Origin: Candidatus Levyibacteriota bacterium
GTDB lineage: Bacteria > Patescibacteriota > Microgenomatia > Levybacterales > UBA12049
Reading direction: 5' to 3'
DNA length: 64,000 bases
NCBI GenBank assembly: GCA_963716145.1
Contig: OY970292.1
Span: 597,171 to 661,170, forward strand
The notes beneath the pieces were generated by a model. The model did not search any database, was not told the origin of the DNA, and saw nothing but the letters and a program-made list of their open reading frames with translations. The translations under genes were made by a program, and so were the position numbers. Positions 10,522 to 22,693 of the stretch are shown here, in pieces (position 1 is the first letter of the stretch; each line of letters opens with the position of its first letter).

Positions 10522-10980
10522 ATGAACATATCTGCCCTGCATTCATATTTAAGAACCAAAAACGAAGCAACTAAATTAATTCTCTTGCTTGAGAAGCTAA
10601 TTGATGAGCTTTTTAAAGAAATCTTTAGTCTTGATAAGATACTTGCAAGCGAGCTTACTCTGGAACTTAAAATTATTATTGAAAAACTCATAAAAGAATC
10701 AGGGATAAAGACTGAGAACAAAAAAGAAGTACAAGCTTTTTTAGCCAAATTACAAGAAGAGCTGTCCAGACTTCCGGTTGTTCACATAATTTTGTCTATC
10801 TCTCCAAAAGAACAACAGGTTGAGATAATTCACAATTGGTTTTACCAAAATTTCCAAAAAACCGTGCTGCTTGATATTTCAATAGATCCAACAATTATAG
10901 GAGGAGGCGTTATAAGCTTCAACGGACGCGCCAATGATTACTCGCTGAGAAACAAAATAGGCCAGATGCAAGATATCTAA
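10522..10980 (+). CDS. atpH: F-type ATPase subunit delta-like
   Basis: C-terminal IDPTIIGGGVISFNGRANDYSL resembles the delta/OSCP motif; operon position. Confidence 0.8.
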   Translation: MNISALHSYLRTKNEATKLILLLEKLIDELFKEIFSLDKILASELTLELKIIIEKLIKESGIKTENKKEVQAFLAKLQEELSRLPVVHIILSISPKEQQVEIIHNWFYQNFQKTVLLDISIDPTIIGGGVISFNGRANDYSLRNKIGQMQDI

Positions 10981-10985
10981 CTATT

Positions 10986-11052
10986 GAGTATAAAGAATCA
11001 AGTATAAAGTATTAAGGGCTTCCTTTATACCTAATACTTTCCCCTTTATACC
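10986..11052. repeat. Intergenic heptamer-based inverted repeat (agtataa/ttatac family)
   Basis: agtataaagaatcaagtataaagtattaagg versus cctttatacctaatactttcccctttatacc. Confidence 0.65.
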
Positions 11053-11058
11053 AACCTT

Positions 11059-12541
11059 ATGAGCGATTATAATTACTATCTTAAAAAGTACAACGAATAC
11101 GCAGAAGTAACGGAAATAAAATATCCTATTGTTAAAGCGGTGGGACTACCCGGAAGCCAAAATAAAGGAAATTGTTGTGTTTGAGACCGGAGAAATTGGC
11201 CAAATTCACGACTTAAATTCAGATTTTATCCGCATAATACTTTTTTCACCTTTGGCCGTTAAGGTAGGCGCCAAAATAAGTAGAACCAATAGTCAATTAA
11301 AAATTCCGGTAAAAGATGACTTTTTCGGTCAGATCCTCAATCCGTTCTGTACTTCAGGTACCAATACTCTTAGCAGCGATGACAATTCTTTCCTTCCGAT
11401 TGACATATCTCCTCTAAGTATTAATGAGCGCATAAAGATTACCAAACCCTTAATAACCGGCACTGCTATTGTAGATATAATGCTCCCTCTTGGACTAGGG
11501 CAAAGAGAGCTTATTTTAGGAGACAGAAAAACCGGAAAGAGTACATTTGTTCTCTCGACTATCAAAAATCAAATCGATAACGGCGCCGTAGCAATTTATG
11601 CTGCCATTGGAAATAAAAATTCTGATATAAAAGAGCTCGGAGAATTTATGAACGCGGACCCCCAAAGGAAAAAAAATATGATAGTGGTCGCGACTTCAGC
11701 TTTTGAATCCCCCGGGCTTATTTTTTTAACTCCTTTTACGGCTATGACACTTGCTGAGTATTTCAGGGATCAGGGACGCAATGTTCTTGTAATTATGGAT
11801 GATTTACTTACTCACGCCAAATTTTACCGTGAGTTTTCTCTTCTCGCTGAGAGCTTTCCCGGGAGAGACTCTTATCCGGGAGACATATTTCACATCCATG
11901 CCAAACTGCTCGAGCGAGCCGGGAATTTCAAATATATAGGCAAGGGCCTGCCTGCAGGGAATCAAGGAGAAGTATCAATTAGCTGTTTACCAACTGCTGA
12001 AACACAGGATGCGGATTTAACAGGTTATATTATTTCAAATCTTATGAGTATTACGGACGGGCATCTCTTCTTTGATAATAACGTTTACGCAAAAGGCGTA
12101 CGCCCGGCGATAAACACTCCCTTGTCAGTTACTCGTGTTGGTAAACAAACTCAGGACAAGGTGATGAAAGACGTCAACCGTGAATTGAGTGCTTTATTTT
12201 CTGTTTATGAAAAAATTGAAAATCTTTCTCATTTTGGCTCCGAGCTGTCAGAAAGCGTTAAAAATACACTGGCGCTTGGAGAAAAAATTCAATCCTTTTT
12301 TAATCAGCCTGAAGGAATAACTTTTCCAAAAGAAGTATATCTCGTTCTCTTCTGCTACGTATGGCTGGGTTTTGTTAATACCGAATCAGAAATAGAGCAA
12401 GCACGTATGAAGTTAACAGCAATGATGCAAAATAAAGAAGAAAAACAATTCTTAACTGATCTTATCAGAGCAGACTCTTTCAATGATTTATTAAAACAAG
12501 TTGGTGAAAAAAAAGATATTCTATTGAAACCGATAAACTAA
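11059..12541 (+). CDS. atpA: F1 ATPase subunit alpha (apparent 1-nt frameshift near 11150)
   Basis: GQRELILGDRKTGKS P-loop, PGRDSYPGDIF, SITDG, SVTRVG; ATG 11059 (MSDYNYY..VKAVGLP) joins the 11129 ORF after removing one base. Confidence 0.93.
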
Positions 12542-12550
12542 ACTTAAAAT

Positions 12551-13442
12551 ATGGCACAGCAAAAACAATTACAGGAAGATATAGCAATCAATAAAGATTT
12601 CAAGCTATTAACCCGCTCTTACCAAGAACACGCAATTGAGCAGATTAATTTTGCAAGATACTCTGTCCTGGGATCAAGAGAATTTTCCGGTGATCTTTCA
12701 GATATTTTCGCCAATGTAAAATCTTCATACAAAAACCTGCTTCAAAGAAGAAATATTAAAAGTATTGTCAAAAAAAATGGCCGGGATGCTTGGGTCTTAA
12801 TCACGGCAAATAATAAGCTTTATGGAGATCTTATCCTGAAAATTTGCCAATTGTTTGCGGAAAATGTAAAAAAAAGCAATCCAAACAAGGTCGATTTAAT
12901 AATAATAGGCCGCCAAGGGAGAAACTTTTTTGAGGAACTTAAAACACAGAGACCTTATACATACTTTGAGGTACCGGACTTTAATGTAAGCGCGGATTAT
13001 ATGAAAGAAATTTGCCAAAACTTTATCTTGTATGAAAATATCATCGTGTACTATGGAAGGTTTAATAATATTGTTTCCCAAGCCCCTATCATCGTTTCCC
13101 TCTCGGGAGAGATTACAGAAGGAAAAGACCAGGAAAATGCAAACGTATCAAAAATAATCCCTGACGCAGGACAAAAAAAGGAGAATTTTATTTTCGAACC
13201 GTCGCTTGAAGAAATACTCATCTTTTTTGAAAAACAAGTTTTATCTCTCCTTTTAAATCAGGCTATTCAGGAAGCGCAATTGGCCCGCTATGCGTCCCGT
13301 ATAAACGCTATGGAGATAGCCCAAACTAACATCAAAAAACAACTTTACCGTTTAAAGCGGGAGGAAAAGATGTTCAAAAATATGTCTATGAACAAAAAAC
13401 AGCAGGAGCTATTGGCTGGAAGAGCACTCTGGGCAAAGAAAT

Positions 13443-13444
<2 letters not shown>
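12551..13444 (+). CDS. atpG: F1 ATPase subunit gamma (divergent)
   Basis: Lies between alpha and beta; LITANNKLYG, FIFEPS, ARYASRINAM motifs. Confidence 0.88.
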
Positions 13445-14922
<1,478 letters not shown>

Positions 14923-14924
<2 letters not shown>

Positions 14925-15062
14925 TTTTCAATTTAAAATTTGAAATAAAATACAAATGTTTAAAACTTTAAATTTAAAATATTGAAAATTCAATGAAAAT
15001 TGTCCATTCGGCAAGCTCAGGATCCTGAGTTAATCGAAGGAAAAACTGAAAATTAAAAATTG
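14923..15062. repeat. AT-rich inverted repeat site with a nested GC-rich palindrome (15002-15040)
   Basis: Same flank family, interrupted by gtccattcggcaagctcaggatcctgagttaatcgaagg. Confidence 0.75.
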
Positions 15063-15066
15063 CCTT

Positions 15067-15318
15067 ATGGATCCAAAACTTCTTACAGTATCAGTTAAGG
15101 GAGCAAATCGTCAGGAATTTCAAGGTCTTGCAACGTCTGTAACCTCACTGAACAATAAAGGTAAATTTGACGTGCTCCCCTATCATGCAAATTTTATAAC
15201 CCTTATTAAGGACTATGTAATTATCCAACAGCAGGATAAAAAACAAATCACTTTTCCTCTCTCAACAGGAATAATAAAAGTCCAAGGAGATAAAGTTCAT
15301 GTGATAATCGGGGTTTAG
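15067..15318 (+). CDS. atpC: F1 ATPase subunit epsilon, N-terminal beta-sandwich only
   Basis: GKFDVLPYHANFITLI motif; 83 aa with no C-terminal helical hairpin. Confidence 0.85.
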   Translation: MDPKLLTVSVKGANRQEFQGLATSVTSLNNKGKFDVLPYHANFITLIKDYVIIQQQDKKQITFPLSTGIIKVQGDKVHVIIGV

Positions 15319-15410
15319 TTACTTCTTCTCTTACGCAAAACTTACGCCTCTATAAAACTCCTGTGACAAAAAATATGCATGATAATACTTCATGAAAGGA
15401 GGAAATACAA

Positions 15411-15650
15411 ATGGGGAAAGAGATAGGTTACGGTGATTCACTTACCTTTCAAAGCAGCTCTAAAGAACCTCAAAAAGTTTCCCGCAATGGAGATGAATCT
15501 CCGTCTACCGGTCAGTGGGGTGTAACCAGAATGTCTCGCGCACAGGCGGACCAGGATCGAGTCAGTCTGCCATCTACTGCGCCACCGTTGAATTTGAAAG
15601 GATTACCATTACCTGAAAATAAAGAACCTGATCGTCCTCCCGCTGGTTAA
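15411..15650 (+). CDS. Small hypothetical protein
   Basis: Strong RBS aaaggagg upstream; 79 aa. Confidence 0.55.
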   Translation: MGKEIGYGDSLTFQSSSKEPQKVSRNGDESPSTGQWGVTRMSRAQADQDRVSLPSTAPPLNLKGLPLPENKEPDRPPAG

Positions 15651-15656
15651 TACCAA

Positions 15657-16379
15657 CTACTTCGGTTTGGCTATAACAATCAACCTCTTCCAAGTTGTGC
15701 CTGGAGGCCAGCAAGTTTGAAGCACAAGCTGTTGTTCTCCTGTCTGAGGGCGTGCAATGTGGGTTGTATCTTTTGCGTCTGCGATCATTGTTTTGGACAC
15801 TACGTAATCATAGCGCCTATTCTCAAAAAAGACAATTATTTGATCGCCTGCTGACAAGTTCTTAAGCAAATAAAACACAGCATTATAACGTCCGACATTC
15901 CACCAGTTGTCTGTTGAATGAGCGAAAAGATATACATTGCCGGCAAATCCGGGGAAAACGCTCCCCTTGGCGTGAGCAATTCCTTTTTGCAGAACCTGCA
16001 AAAATTCAGATGAGTTTTCCGGATCAACATTGGGATAGACTTTGGCGCTTGCCCCGATTTTGGGTATCGTAATACTAAAAGTCGTATCAGAGGGGATCAA
16101 AATTTGTTCTTTGGATCCAGCCAAAATTTCAGCAAAACCAGGACTTTTGGGAGTAGCTCCTTTTGCATTTTTAAGAACATCGCCAAAGCCCTGCTGCCGC
16201 ACCGCTTCCTCAGCTGATGCAACTTTAAAATGCACACCCCTGAATTGGATTATCTGGAATTGGGCTTCATAATAAAGAGCCGGCCCAAATGTAGCAGCAA
16301 CACCATAAAGACTAAAAAGAACCAAGAAATTTCCCAAGGATCTGGTGAGTACAAATTTGATAGCATCATTCCGCTTCAT
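15657..16379 (-). CDS. Sortase family protein
   Basis: N-terminal TM; GNVYLFAHS, LVLQTCWPPG, KRL (His-Cys-Arg triad). Confidence 0.9.
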   Translation of the reverse strand: MKRNDAIKFVLTRSLGNFLVLFSLYGVAATFGPALYYEAQFQIIQFRGVHFKVASAEEAVRQQGFGDVLKNAKGATPKSPGFAEILAGSKEQILIPSDTTFSITIPKIGASAKVYPNVDPENSSEFLQVLQKGIAHAKGSVFPGFAGNVYLFAHSTDNWWNVGRYNAVFYLLKNLSAGDQIIVFFENRRYDYVVSKTMIADAKDTTHIARPQTGEQQLVLQTCWPPGTTWKRLIVIAKPK

Positions 16380-16429
16380 ACAATTAGTATAAAGTATTTT
16401 TAGAAAGTATCAAAATGGGTTTCAACTTG

Positions 16430-16501
16430 TATCCCTGAAGGGAATCGAACCCCCATCTCGCCCTTAGGACGGGCTTGCTCTATCCATTGAGCTACAGGGA
16501 C
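16430..16501 (-). tRNA. tRNA-Arg (CCT)
   Basis: Minus strand gtccctgtagctcaatggatagagca..tCCTaa..ggttcgattccc..cagggata forms a cloverleaf; CCA not encoded. Confidence 0.93.
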
Positions 16502-16585
16502 ATATATTGTATTCTAGCATAGAAGAAAGTAGAATAAATGTTTTACAATTTCTCCAGCTTCAGCTATACTAACCTTCTGTAATTT

Positions 16586-17314
16586 ATGGAATTGCCAAAA
16601 TTTATCCCCCGATATATTGGAGAATATAAGCCTGTTGATCATGGTGTAAAAGCCGACTGCGTAAGAGTTGGAGAAAGCGGATTGGTATATAAAGCGAGAA
16701 AAAAAGCAGTTAAGACTGCAGAAGAGGCTGAAAGGCTTGCGGGTGAGATGCAAAGAGATTACAGATTATTATCAAAATATTTGGGTCCATACGTTTCTTC
16801 AACCCAGTTTGTGATAGGAGATGGAAGTGACGGACCAACGGTTTTTGCATTTCAAGAAGAAATAAAAGATGGCATGAGTATTAAGCAAGCCCTAAAACTT
16901 GCACGGAAAGAAAATTTGAGCATTGAACATATAGTAGATTTATATAGCAGAGCAGGGGAAATGTACAAAGCAACCGGAAATCCACCTGATTTCAATGGCA
17001 CCGGACGCTTTCTCGGTTGGCCTAGACCAAACTCCACCCGGAATGTACTAGTAACTGTAAAGGAAGTTGATGGACAAAAAATGCTTTGGCCAAACGTAGT
17101 TGATGTCGGGCTTATCCGAGAGGGATATCTAACCCAACGCACTCATAAGGGTGTTCTTGCAAGGAGTATTTTCGACCAACATCTTGAACTAAGCGCTGTC
17201 GGGAGAGGCACATTGCGGGTAACGGATAATTCTGTCGATATAATTCCTATCGACCGAGCGATGCAAAGAGAAATAAAGGAATCCAAGAGACGCCATCCCA
17301 CCGCGCGATTTTGA
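16586..17314 (+). CDS. Hypothetical protein (possibly degenerate kinase-like fold)
   Basis: 242-aa ORF; weak VYK..QE..D..N..VD pattern. Confidence 0.65.
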   Translation: MELPKFIPRYIGEYKPVDHGVKADCVRVGESGLVYKARKKAVKTAEEAERLAGEMQRDYRLLSKYLGPYVSSTQFVIGDGSDGPTVFAFQEEIKDGMSIKQALKLARKENLSIEHIVDLYSRAGEMYKATGNPPDFNGTGRFLGWPRPNSTRNVLVTVKEVDGQKMLWPNVVDVGLIREGYLTQRTHKGVLARSIFDQHLELSAVGRGTLRVTDNSVDIIPIDRAMQREIKESKRRHPTARF

Positions 17315-17320
17315 GGTTAA

Positions 17321-17352
17321 TTACTTCAACTCTTCTTCGAGATAAACGTGGA
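17321..17352. repeat. Direct repeat of the ndk 3' end (copy at 18081-18112)
   Basis: ttacttcaactcttcttcgag(a/g)taaacgtgga, 32 bp with 1 mismatch. Confidence 0.85.
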
Positions 17353-17417
17353 TGTCATCTTTTATATACTTACTGTTTCCGGCCTACTCAAGAATATGTT
17401 ATAATCCAAAATAAATT

Positions 17418-18065
17418 ATGGGAATTGAGAGGATTGAGGACCTACAAGGAGAAAATTTGGAAGAACTTTTAGCTCGTTGGCATGAAGGCGACCCAGTAGA
17501 TAGAATAAGAAGGGCCAAAACAGGAGACGAAGCTGCGATAGTAGAAGTAGTTACCTTAATGCATCCATACGCGTTGGCAGTTGCGGGAAGTTTAATGCCG
17601 GGATCTGCTGAAGCTGAAGACTTGGCACAACAAACGATGTTAAAAGCTTTAATATACTTAAACAGGTTCAGAAACCAGAATGCTGAGGCATTTCCAAATT
17701 GGATAAGTCGGGTTGTAAAAAATGATGTAGTTCGTGCAAAAAGAAAGATGGAAAGATCTATCCCTACTGACCCTCATATTTTGGATGAAATGAAATCCTC
17801 CGATGAGCCTTTTGAAGATGAGTCTATTAGAGTAATAGATCATCCTAGGCTAGAGCATGCAATGCGTACTTCCATAGGAGCACTGAGCGGAAGTCAAAGA
17901 ACCGTAATGTTGGGACTTACAGGAAAAGGTATATTTCCCGGTGATGATCATCTTTTATATAAACAATTAGCAAGAAGAGATGGTATACCAGTAGGCAGCA
18001 TTGGTCCGACCCGACGAAGAGCTTTTACACATTTAAGACCAGCGCTGAGAGAATTTAGGGGTTAA
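17418..18065 (+). CDS. ECF-type sigma-70 family factor
   Basis: GDEAA, AEDLAQQTMLK, FPNWISRV (region 2); YKQLA...GIPVGSIGPTRRRA (region 4). Confidence 0.82.
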   Translation: MGIERIEDLQGENLEELLARWHEGDPVDRIRRAKTGDEAAIVEVVTLMHPYALAVAGSLMPGSAEAEDLAQQTMLKALIYLNRFRNQNAEAFPNWISRVVKNDVVRAKRKMERSIPTDPHILDEMKSSDEPFEDESIRVIDHPRLEHAMRTSIGALSGSQRTVMLGLTGKGIFPGDDHLLYKQLARRDGIPVGSIGPTRRRAFTHLRPALREFRG

Positions 18066-18080
18066 TATCTAAAACGGAGT

Positions 18081-18545
18081 TTACTTCAACTCTTCTTCGA
18101 GGTAAACGTGGACTTCTTCTGATTTATTCCATTCAAATATCTCATCTGCGTCAAACATTATTTTTATCTCTCTTTTTGCGATTTCTGCATCTTCTGATGC
18201 GTGTACCAGATTATATTGCTGGCTCATGGCAAAGTCACCTCTTATTGTCCCCGATTCCGCGTCCCTAGCTTTTGTAATACCAATCATCTTGCGCACAGTT
18301 GCAACACATCCTGCTCCCTCCCAGACCATAGCGACTATCGGATAAGACTTCATATATGACTTCAGTGCCGGGAAAAAAGGCTTATCTTTGTGATGAGCGT
18401 ACCATTCTTCAAGAAGAGTATCTTCAAGCGAGACCATCTTAATTGAGGCCAATTTGAGACCTTTTCTTTCAAAACGGTGAATTATCTCACCAATCAGGCC
18501 TCTTTGTACTCCGTCAGGTTTTACCAAAACTACTGTTTGTTCCAT
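18081..18545 (-). CDS. ndk: Nucleoside diphosphate kinase
   Basis: VKPDGVQRGLIGEII, GTIRGDF, NLVHAS. Confidence 0.97.
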   Translation of the reverse strand: MEQTVVLVKPDGVQRGLIGEIIHRFERKGLKLASIKMVSLEDTLLEEWYAHHKDKPFFPALKSYMKSYPIVAMVWEGAGCVATVRKMIGITKARDAESGTIRGDFAMSQQYNLVHASEDAEIAKREIKIMFDADEIFEWNKSEEVHVYLEEELK

Positions 18546-18552
18546 AATAATT

Positions 18553-18614
18553 AGCTAATGGCCAATAGCGTATGGCTTATGGTTTCTATTTGCCATATGC
18601 CATTTGCTATACGC
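18553..18614. repeat. Intergenic heptamer-based inverted repeat (tatggc/gccata family)
   Basis: gccaatagcgtatggcttatgg versus gccatatgccatttgctatacgc. Confidence 0.65.
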
Positions 18615-18622
18615 AAGGGATA

Positions 18623-19897
18623 TTATAATTTTAACAGCGCTTCTAGTTTTTGTCTATCTTCAAAATTACCAATCAAAGCAAGATTAAGGGTGTTTTCGAT
18701 GAAAAACTCTTTTCCTGCCTGTTCTACCTCTTCTTTTGTGACGTTATCCAAGTGGGCCAAAATCTGGTCAGGATTTTCAATTTCGTTTTCCAAAAGCTCC
18801 TGATGTCCATAAAATCCTGCAACTGAATTGCTGTCTTCAAGCCCAAGAACAAGATGCCCCTTCAGAAATTCTTTTGCCTTTGCAAGCTCTTTATCTGATA
18901 ATTCCATCTTTCCACTCGCCACCTTACTATACTCTGAAAGAATTACTTCTATTGCTTCTACAACTCTTTTTGGGTCAATTCCGGCGTTTGAAACCAAAGT
19001 ACCGGCATCCGTGTACTCATCGGAATTGGATCTGATGTAGTAAGCAAGTCCTCTCTTCTCACGAACTTCGTGAAATAATCTGCTGGACATTCCCCCACCA
19101 AGTATTGCGGCTAAAACAGACAATGGATATTTTTTGGATGATTTAAGTGAAACAGTCCTTACTCCCAAGGCAATATGAATCTGTTCTGTTTTTTTGGTTT
19201 TTATAAAAACTGCAGGTTTTGTCTGGTTTTCGGAAAGCGCCAATGGCTTGCCGGTTGCAAACTGTTTCATTGAAGAGAAATATTTCCCAACCAATCCTTC
19301 GGCAAGCTCAGGATCGATGCCTCCGGCAACGACTACAGTCATGTTGTCAGCGCTATAAAGTCCTCCCATGTAGTCACGGAAATCCTGCTGTGTGATTGTC
19401 TTGATATTTTCCTTAGGTCCCGCGATATCCCATCCCATCGGGGTATCGCCATATAGCAATTCTTCGTACAAGTCCCCAAGTTTTCGCATCGGATTATCCT
19501 CAATCATGTTAATCTCCTCCATTATCACTCCCCGCTCCTTGTCGATTTCTACAGGATCGAGTTTGGAATTCTGGAGCATGTCTGAAAGAAGATCAAGAAG
19601 GGTCTCAAGCTTTGCTTTTGCCGCCTTAATGTAATAACCTGTTATTTCTTTGCCGGTAAAAGCATTGAATTCCCCTCCAATTCCATCGATTAATGAAGAA
19701 ATCTCCATTGCGCTTGGCCTTTTCTCAGTTCCCTTAAATGCCATGTGCTCAAAAAAGTGGGAAATCCCATTATTCTTCTTATTCTCATAGCGGCTACCTG
19801 CCCCAACCATGACTATGACTGTAACGCTTTCAAGGGAGGGCATGGGAACTGTTATTACGCGGAGACCATTGGGAAGGAGTGTGCGCTTAAATTGCAT
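18623..19897 (-). CDS. M16 (pitrilysin) family zinc peptidase
   Basis: HFFEHMAFKGT (HxxEH), NAFT, SSRLFHEVREKRGLAY. Confidence 0.95.
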   Translation of the reverse strand: MQFKRTLLPNGLRVITVPMPSLESVTVIVMVGAGSRYENKKNNGISHFFEHMAFKGTEKRPSAMEISSLIDGIGGEFNAFTGKEITGYYIKAAKAKLETLLDLLSDMLQNSKLDPVEIDKERGVIMEEINMIEDNPMRKLGDLYEELLYGDTPMGWDIAGPKENIKTITQQDFRDYMGGLYSADNMTVVVAGGIDPELAEGLVGKYFSSMKQFATGKPLALSENQTKPAVFIKTKKTEQIHIALGVRTVSLKSSKKYPLSVLAAILGGGMSSRLFHEVREKRGLAYYIRSNSDEYTDAGTLVSNAGIDPKRVVEAIEVILSEYSKVASGKMELSDKELAKAKEFLKGHLVLGLEDSNSVAGFYGHQELLENEIENPDQILAHLDNVTKEEVEQAGKEFFIENTLNLALIGNFEDRQKLEALLKL

Positions 19898-19960
19898 TCG
19901 AGCCTTATTATAGCAAATTCGTGTGTTATTTAAAAGGTTTATTATGTAGGGACTCAGCTA

Positions 19961-21145
19961 CTATGCTGCTTTCAAAGCTTCTGTTACTCTTTTACTTGGT
20001 AAGGTACACTTAATTGAAATGGCATCCGATATCCTGTCTGACACGCTGTGTAATATATCAGTCTTTTTGGGTTCACGTACTTTCATTATTGCCATCTCCG
20101 AAACCACCTGCTTAAGCCTTTCACGAGCTTTTAGGATATCAAGCGAAGGATCAATTTCCTTTTTATACCGGTCAATTACAGCGAACAAACTCGACACATA
20201 TTGTCTTATTGCCTCAGCACACGCTTCCTCGCTTTCCAATAAATTATTGATCCCGTATTTGTGCATTTCGCCTGCAACGATAAGAGCGGGAACGCCCAAC
20301 TCCGGTAGATCTCCATCTTCTACCAATATATCCATTGCGTCTTTTGTTTTTAATACATAAAGGCCATTGCGGGCATTGATCCATTCTAGACCGGAAATAT
20401 TATTTGTAGCTATATCCATTAGTTTTTTATTGCGTTCATCAATGGCACTGGTATATGCCGGTACTTGTTTCTTTGGATATTCTGAACTAAATAAGTGGAA
20501 CTGCTTTGATGCTGCAGAAAGCCCAAATAACCCAACTGCTGCAAGCCTTAACGCATCTCTCCTACTAAAACTAGGCTCATCAACTTCTGCTAGTGCCAAG
20601 CTTAGCGCTGTAACTGCCGCAGTTAAAGCAATATCTTCTATTCTTGCTGATTGGCTAACAGGAGGATTAATAGCAGGCACCATTCTTTCGGCCGTATCCT
20701 TTCCCTTGCTTAATCCTTTTAGCTGATTGGAAACAATTCTATCTTTTAATCTTTGGTCTAAAGAATCTTCTGGGGAAAAAGCGAAATTATTTGCAGTTAT
20801 AGTATCTGCTGCAACAAGCCAAATCCCATCACGTCCGATATCACTTGGTCTGGCAGGCAAATGCAACCAGGTATTCATTTTCATACCATGAGTGTCGCGA
20901 TGAGTAGAAACGTTAACGCTGCTTAAACTATCAATAGTCAAAATCTGCGGACGGCATCTTTTTACACTATCCCTAACTTCTTTAAACCATACAGATGCAT
21001 TTAAATCACCGTTTTCAAGCTGTGTATACAGCCCCTTTACTCCGCTAGGTTCTACATGTAGTCCCAATCTGGCAGAAATATTATAATATGGATTTACTAA
21101 TTGCTCCCTTCTGGGTAAATGTCGAACCTCTGCCAAGCTTGTCAT
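19961..21145 (-). CDS. Hypothetical protein
   Basis: 394-aa ORF with tataat box just upstream; internal hydrophobic stretch with SRRDAL. Confidence 0.7.
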   Translation of the reverse strand: MTSLAEVRHLPRREQLVNPYYNISARLGLHVEPSGVKGLYTQLENGDLNASVWFKEVRDSVKRCRPQILTIDSLSSVNVSTHRDTHGMKMNTWLHLPARPSDIGRDGIWLVAADTITANNFAFSPEDSLDQRLKDRIVSNQLKGLSKGKDTAERMVPAINPPVSQSARIEDIALTAAVTALSLALAEVDEPSFSRRDALRLAAVGLFGLSAASKQFHLFSSEYPKKQVPAYTSAIDERNKKLMDIATNNISGLEWINARNGLYVLKTKDAMDILVEDGDLPELGVPALIVAGEMHKYGINNLLESEEACAEAIRQYVSSLFAVIDRYKKEIDPSLDILKARERLKQVVSEMAIMKVREPKKTDILHSVSDRISDAISIKCTLPSKRVTEALKAA

Positions 21146-21167
21146 TTGGCGAGATTATATCATAGCC

Positions 21168-22640
21168 TTACACTCCTTGTCTGTTTGTCAGCTCTCTGAG
21201 GAAAAGATTGTAATCAAACTGGTTTACTGCTCCGTCATCATCCAAATCGGATAGCAAATTATTTGCTGCGGTGCAAGAGACGGCAGGTAGGAAATCAGAA
21301 TAGCATCCCATCAAAATATTGTAATCAAGGATATTAATTACATTGTCTCCATTAATCTCACCATTTATTAACACTGTTTGAGGCATTTGATTAGTTGTTC
21401 CTGCGGTTATTGTCTGAATGCCCGGAACTAAGGATTTTAAGAACTGGTTTGTCTTTACTTTTACCGTATATGCACCGGTTACAAAAGCGCTACCCATATC
21501 AATATTCCCCGTGAATTTGCCGGAAGTTGAATTATAGTTAACAGCTCCGTCTTTTGTTGCTACCAATTGGTTCTGAGCATTGAGCACTTCAACTCGTACA
21601 TTTCTTTGTGGGTGCAATGGGTCGGGATTTCCCCCTGATGCCGGATTCGCGCTATCCCCACCCTGACCTATTCCATGAAGAAGAAGAGTTAGGGACAAAG
21701 TTGTATTACCTGGAGCCGGAGTTGATGTTGGAGTGATTGTAGGACTTGGAGTAGTTCCTCCTTCAGCTCTAGTGTGATCGTAAGAGTTTGGGTTGCTGGC
21801 ACTTCCATCTGTGTGGCATATAGGATCTCCACCGTCAATTAAACCATTGTTGTTATTGTCTCTTGAGTCAGCGCAGGTTGCTCCGTTTCCGCCCTGTTCC
21901 CCAGGTCTTGTAGGGTCGTAACTGTTGGGATTATTTGGATTATTGTCTGTGTGACAGGTTGAATCCAAATTGTCTTTGAAACCATTGTTATCGTTATCAA
22001 TGTTGTCTGAGCATCTTGAAGGAGGAGTGGTTACCGTGGGATTGACAGTCCCTTCATTTCGCGTAGGGTCATATGGATTATTTAGATTTCCACCTGTGTG
22101 ACAAGCAGGATCCCCCGCATCAATCAACTCATTCTGGTTATTGTCAATTCCATCAGCACAAGTTGCAGGAGGTGAAGTGGGTGAAGGGGTGGGGCTCGGA
22201 ACTGTAGTAGGACTTGGTGTTGGAGTTGGACTTGGGATTGGAGTTGGGGTGATCCGCATACTTCCACACGCTGCTGATGAGCTGAGATTATTACCTGTGC
22301 CGTTATTGTTGCCGGTAAGCCCCTGATGAATTGTATTGTTGTTACCGGTAAGATTACCTATCATGCCAGCACACACTTCATTACCATGCCCTGTTAAGTT
22401 CCCTATATATCTTCCTGTAATCAGATTCCCGTTCCCATACATATTCCCTTGGAAATCCCCATTTACTGTACAATTGTTAACATGCAGATCGCTTGCTCTG
22501 TTGGGACAGGTAGTTTCCGCAGCATTTGATCTTGTTTCCTGTCTTTGCTGACTGACCAAAACACCGCCGAAAAGCCCAAAAACAAGCACTATCCCTACCA
22601 ATACGGGTAATTGTTTTCTGGAGAATAATTTTTTTAGCAT
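21168..22640 (-). CDS. Membrane-anchored surface protein, paralogue 1 (G/N-rich repeats, Cys/Asp repeats, PT linkers, C-terminal dockerin-like domain)
   Basis: N-terminal TM; CADGIDN..D..C repeats; GEINGDNVINILDY and DLDDDGAVNQFDY. Confidence 0.85.
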   Translation of the reverse strand: MLKKLFSRKQLPVLVGIVLVFGLFGGVLVSQQRQETRSNAAETTCPNRASDLHVNNCTVNGDFQGNMYGNGNLITGRYIGNLTGHGNEVCAGMIGNLTGNNNTIHQGLTGNNNGTGNNLSSSAACGSMRITPTPIPSPTPTPSPTTVPSPTPSPTSPPATCADGIDNNQNELIDAGDPACHTGGNLNNPYDPTRNEGTVNPTVTTPPSRCSDNIDNDNNGFKDNLDSTCHTDNNPNNPNSYDPTRPGEQGGNGATCADSRDNNNNGLIDGGDPICHTDGSASNPNSYDHTRAEGGTTPSPTITPTSTPAPGNTTLSLTLLLHGIGQGGDSANPASGGNPDPLHPQRNVRVEVLNAQNQLVATKDGAVNYNSTSGKFTGNIDMGSAFVTGAYTVKVKTNQFLKSLVPGIQTITAGTTNQMPQTVLINGEINGDNVINILDYNILMGCYSDFLPAVSCTAANNLLSDLDDDGAVNQFDYNLFLRELTNRQGV

Positions 22641-22693
22641 GGATAATTTATGTATAATTGCTACCTAATTATAAGTAGAACAGAACGGGTAAG

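Noticed and set aside
15657-16379. Sortase as part of the fibre/ATPase system
   Set aside because: Convergent orientation, and no LPXTG-type sorting signal at the fibre A C-terminus; adjacency alone is insufficient
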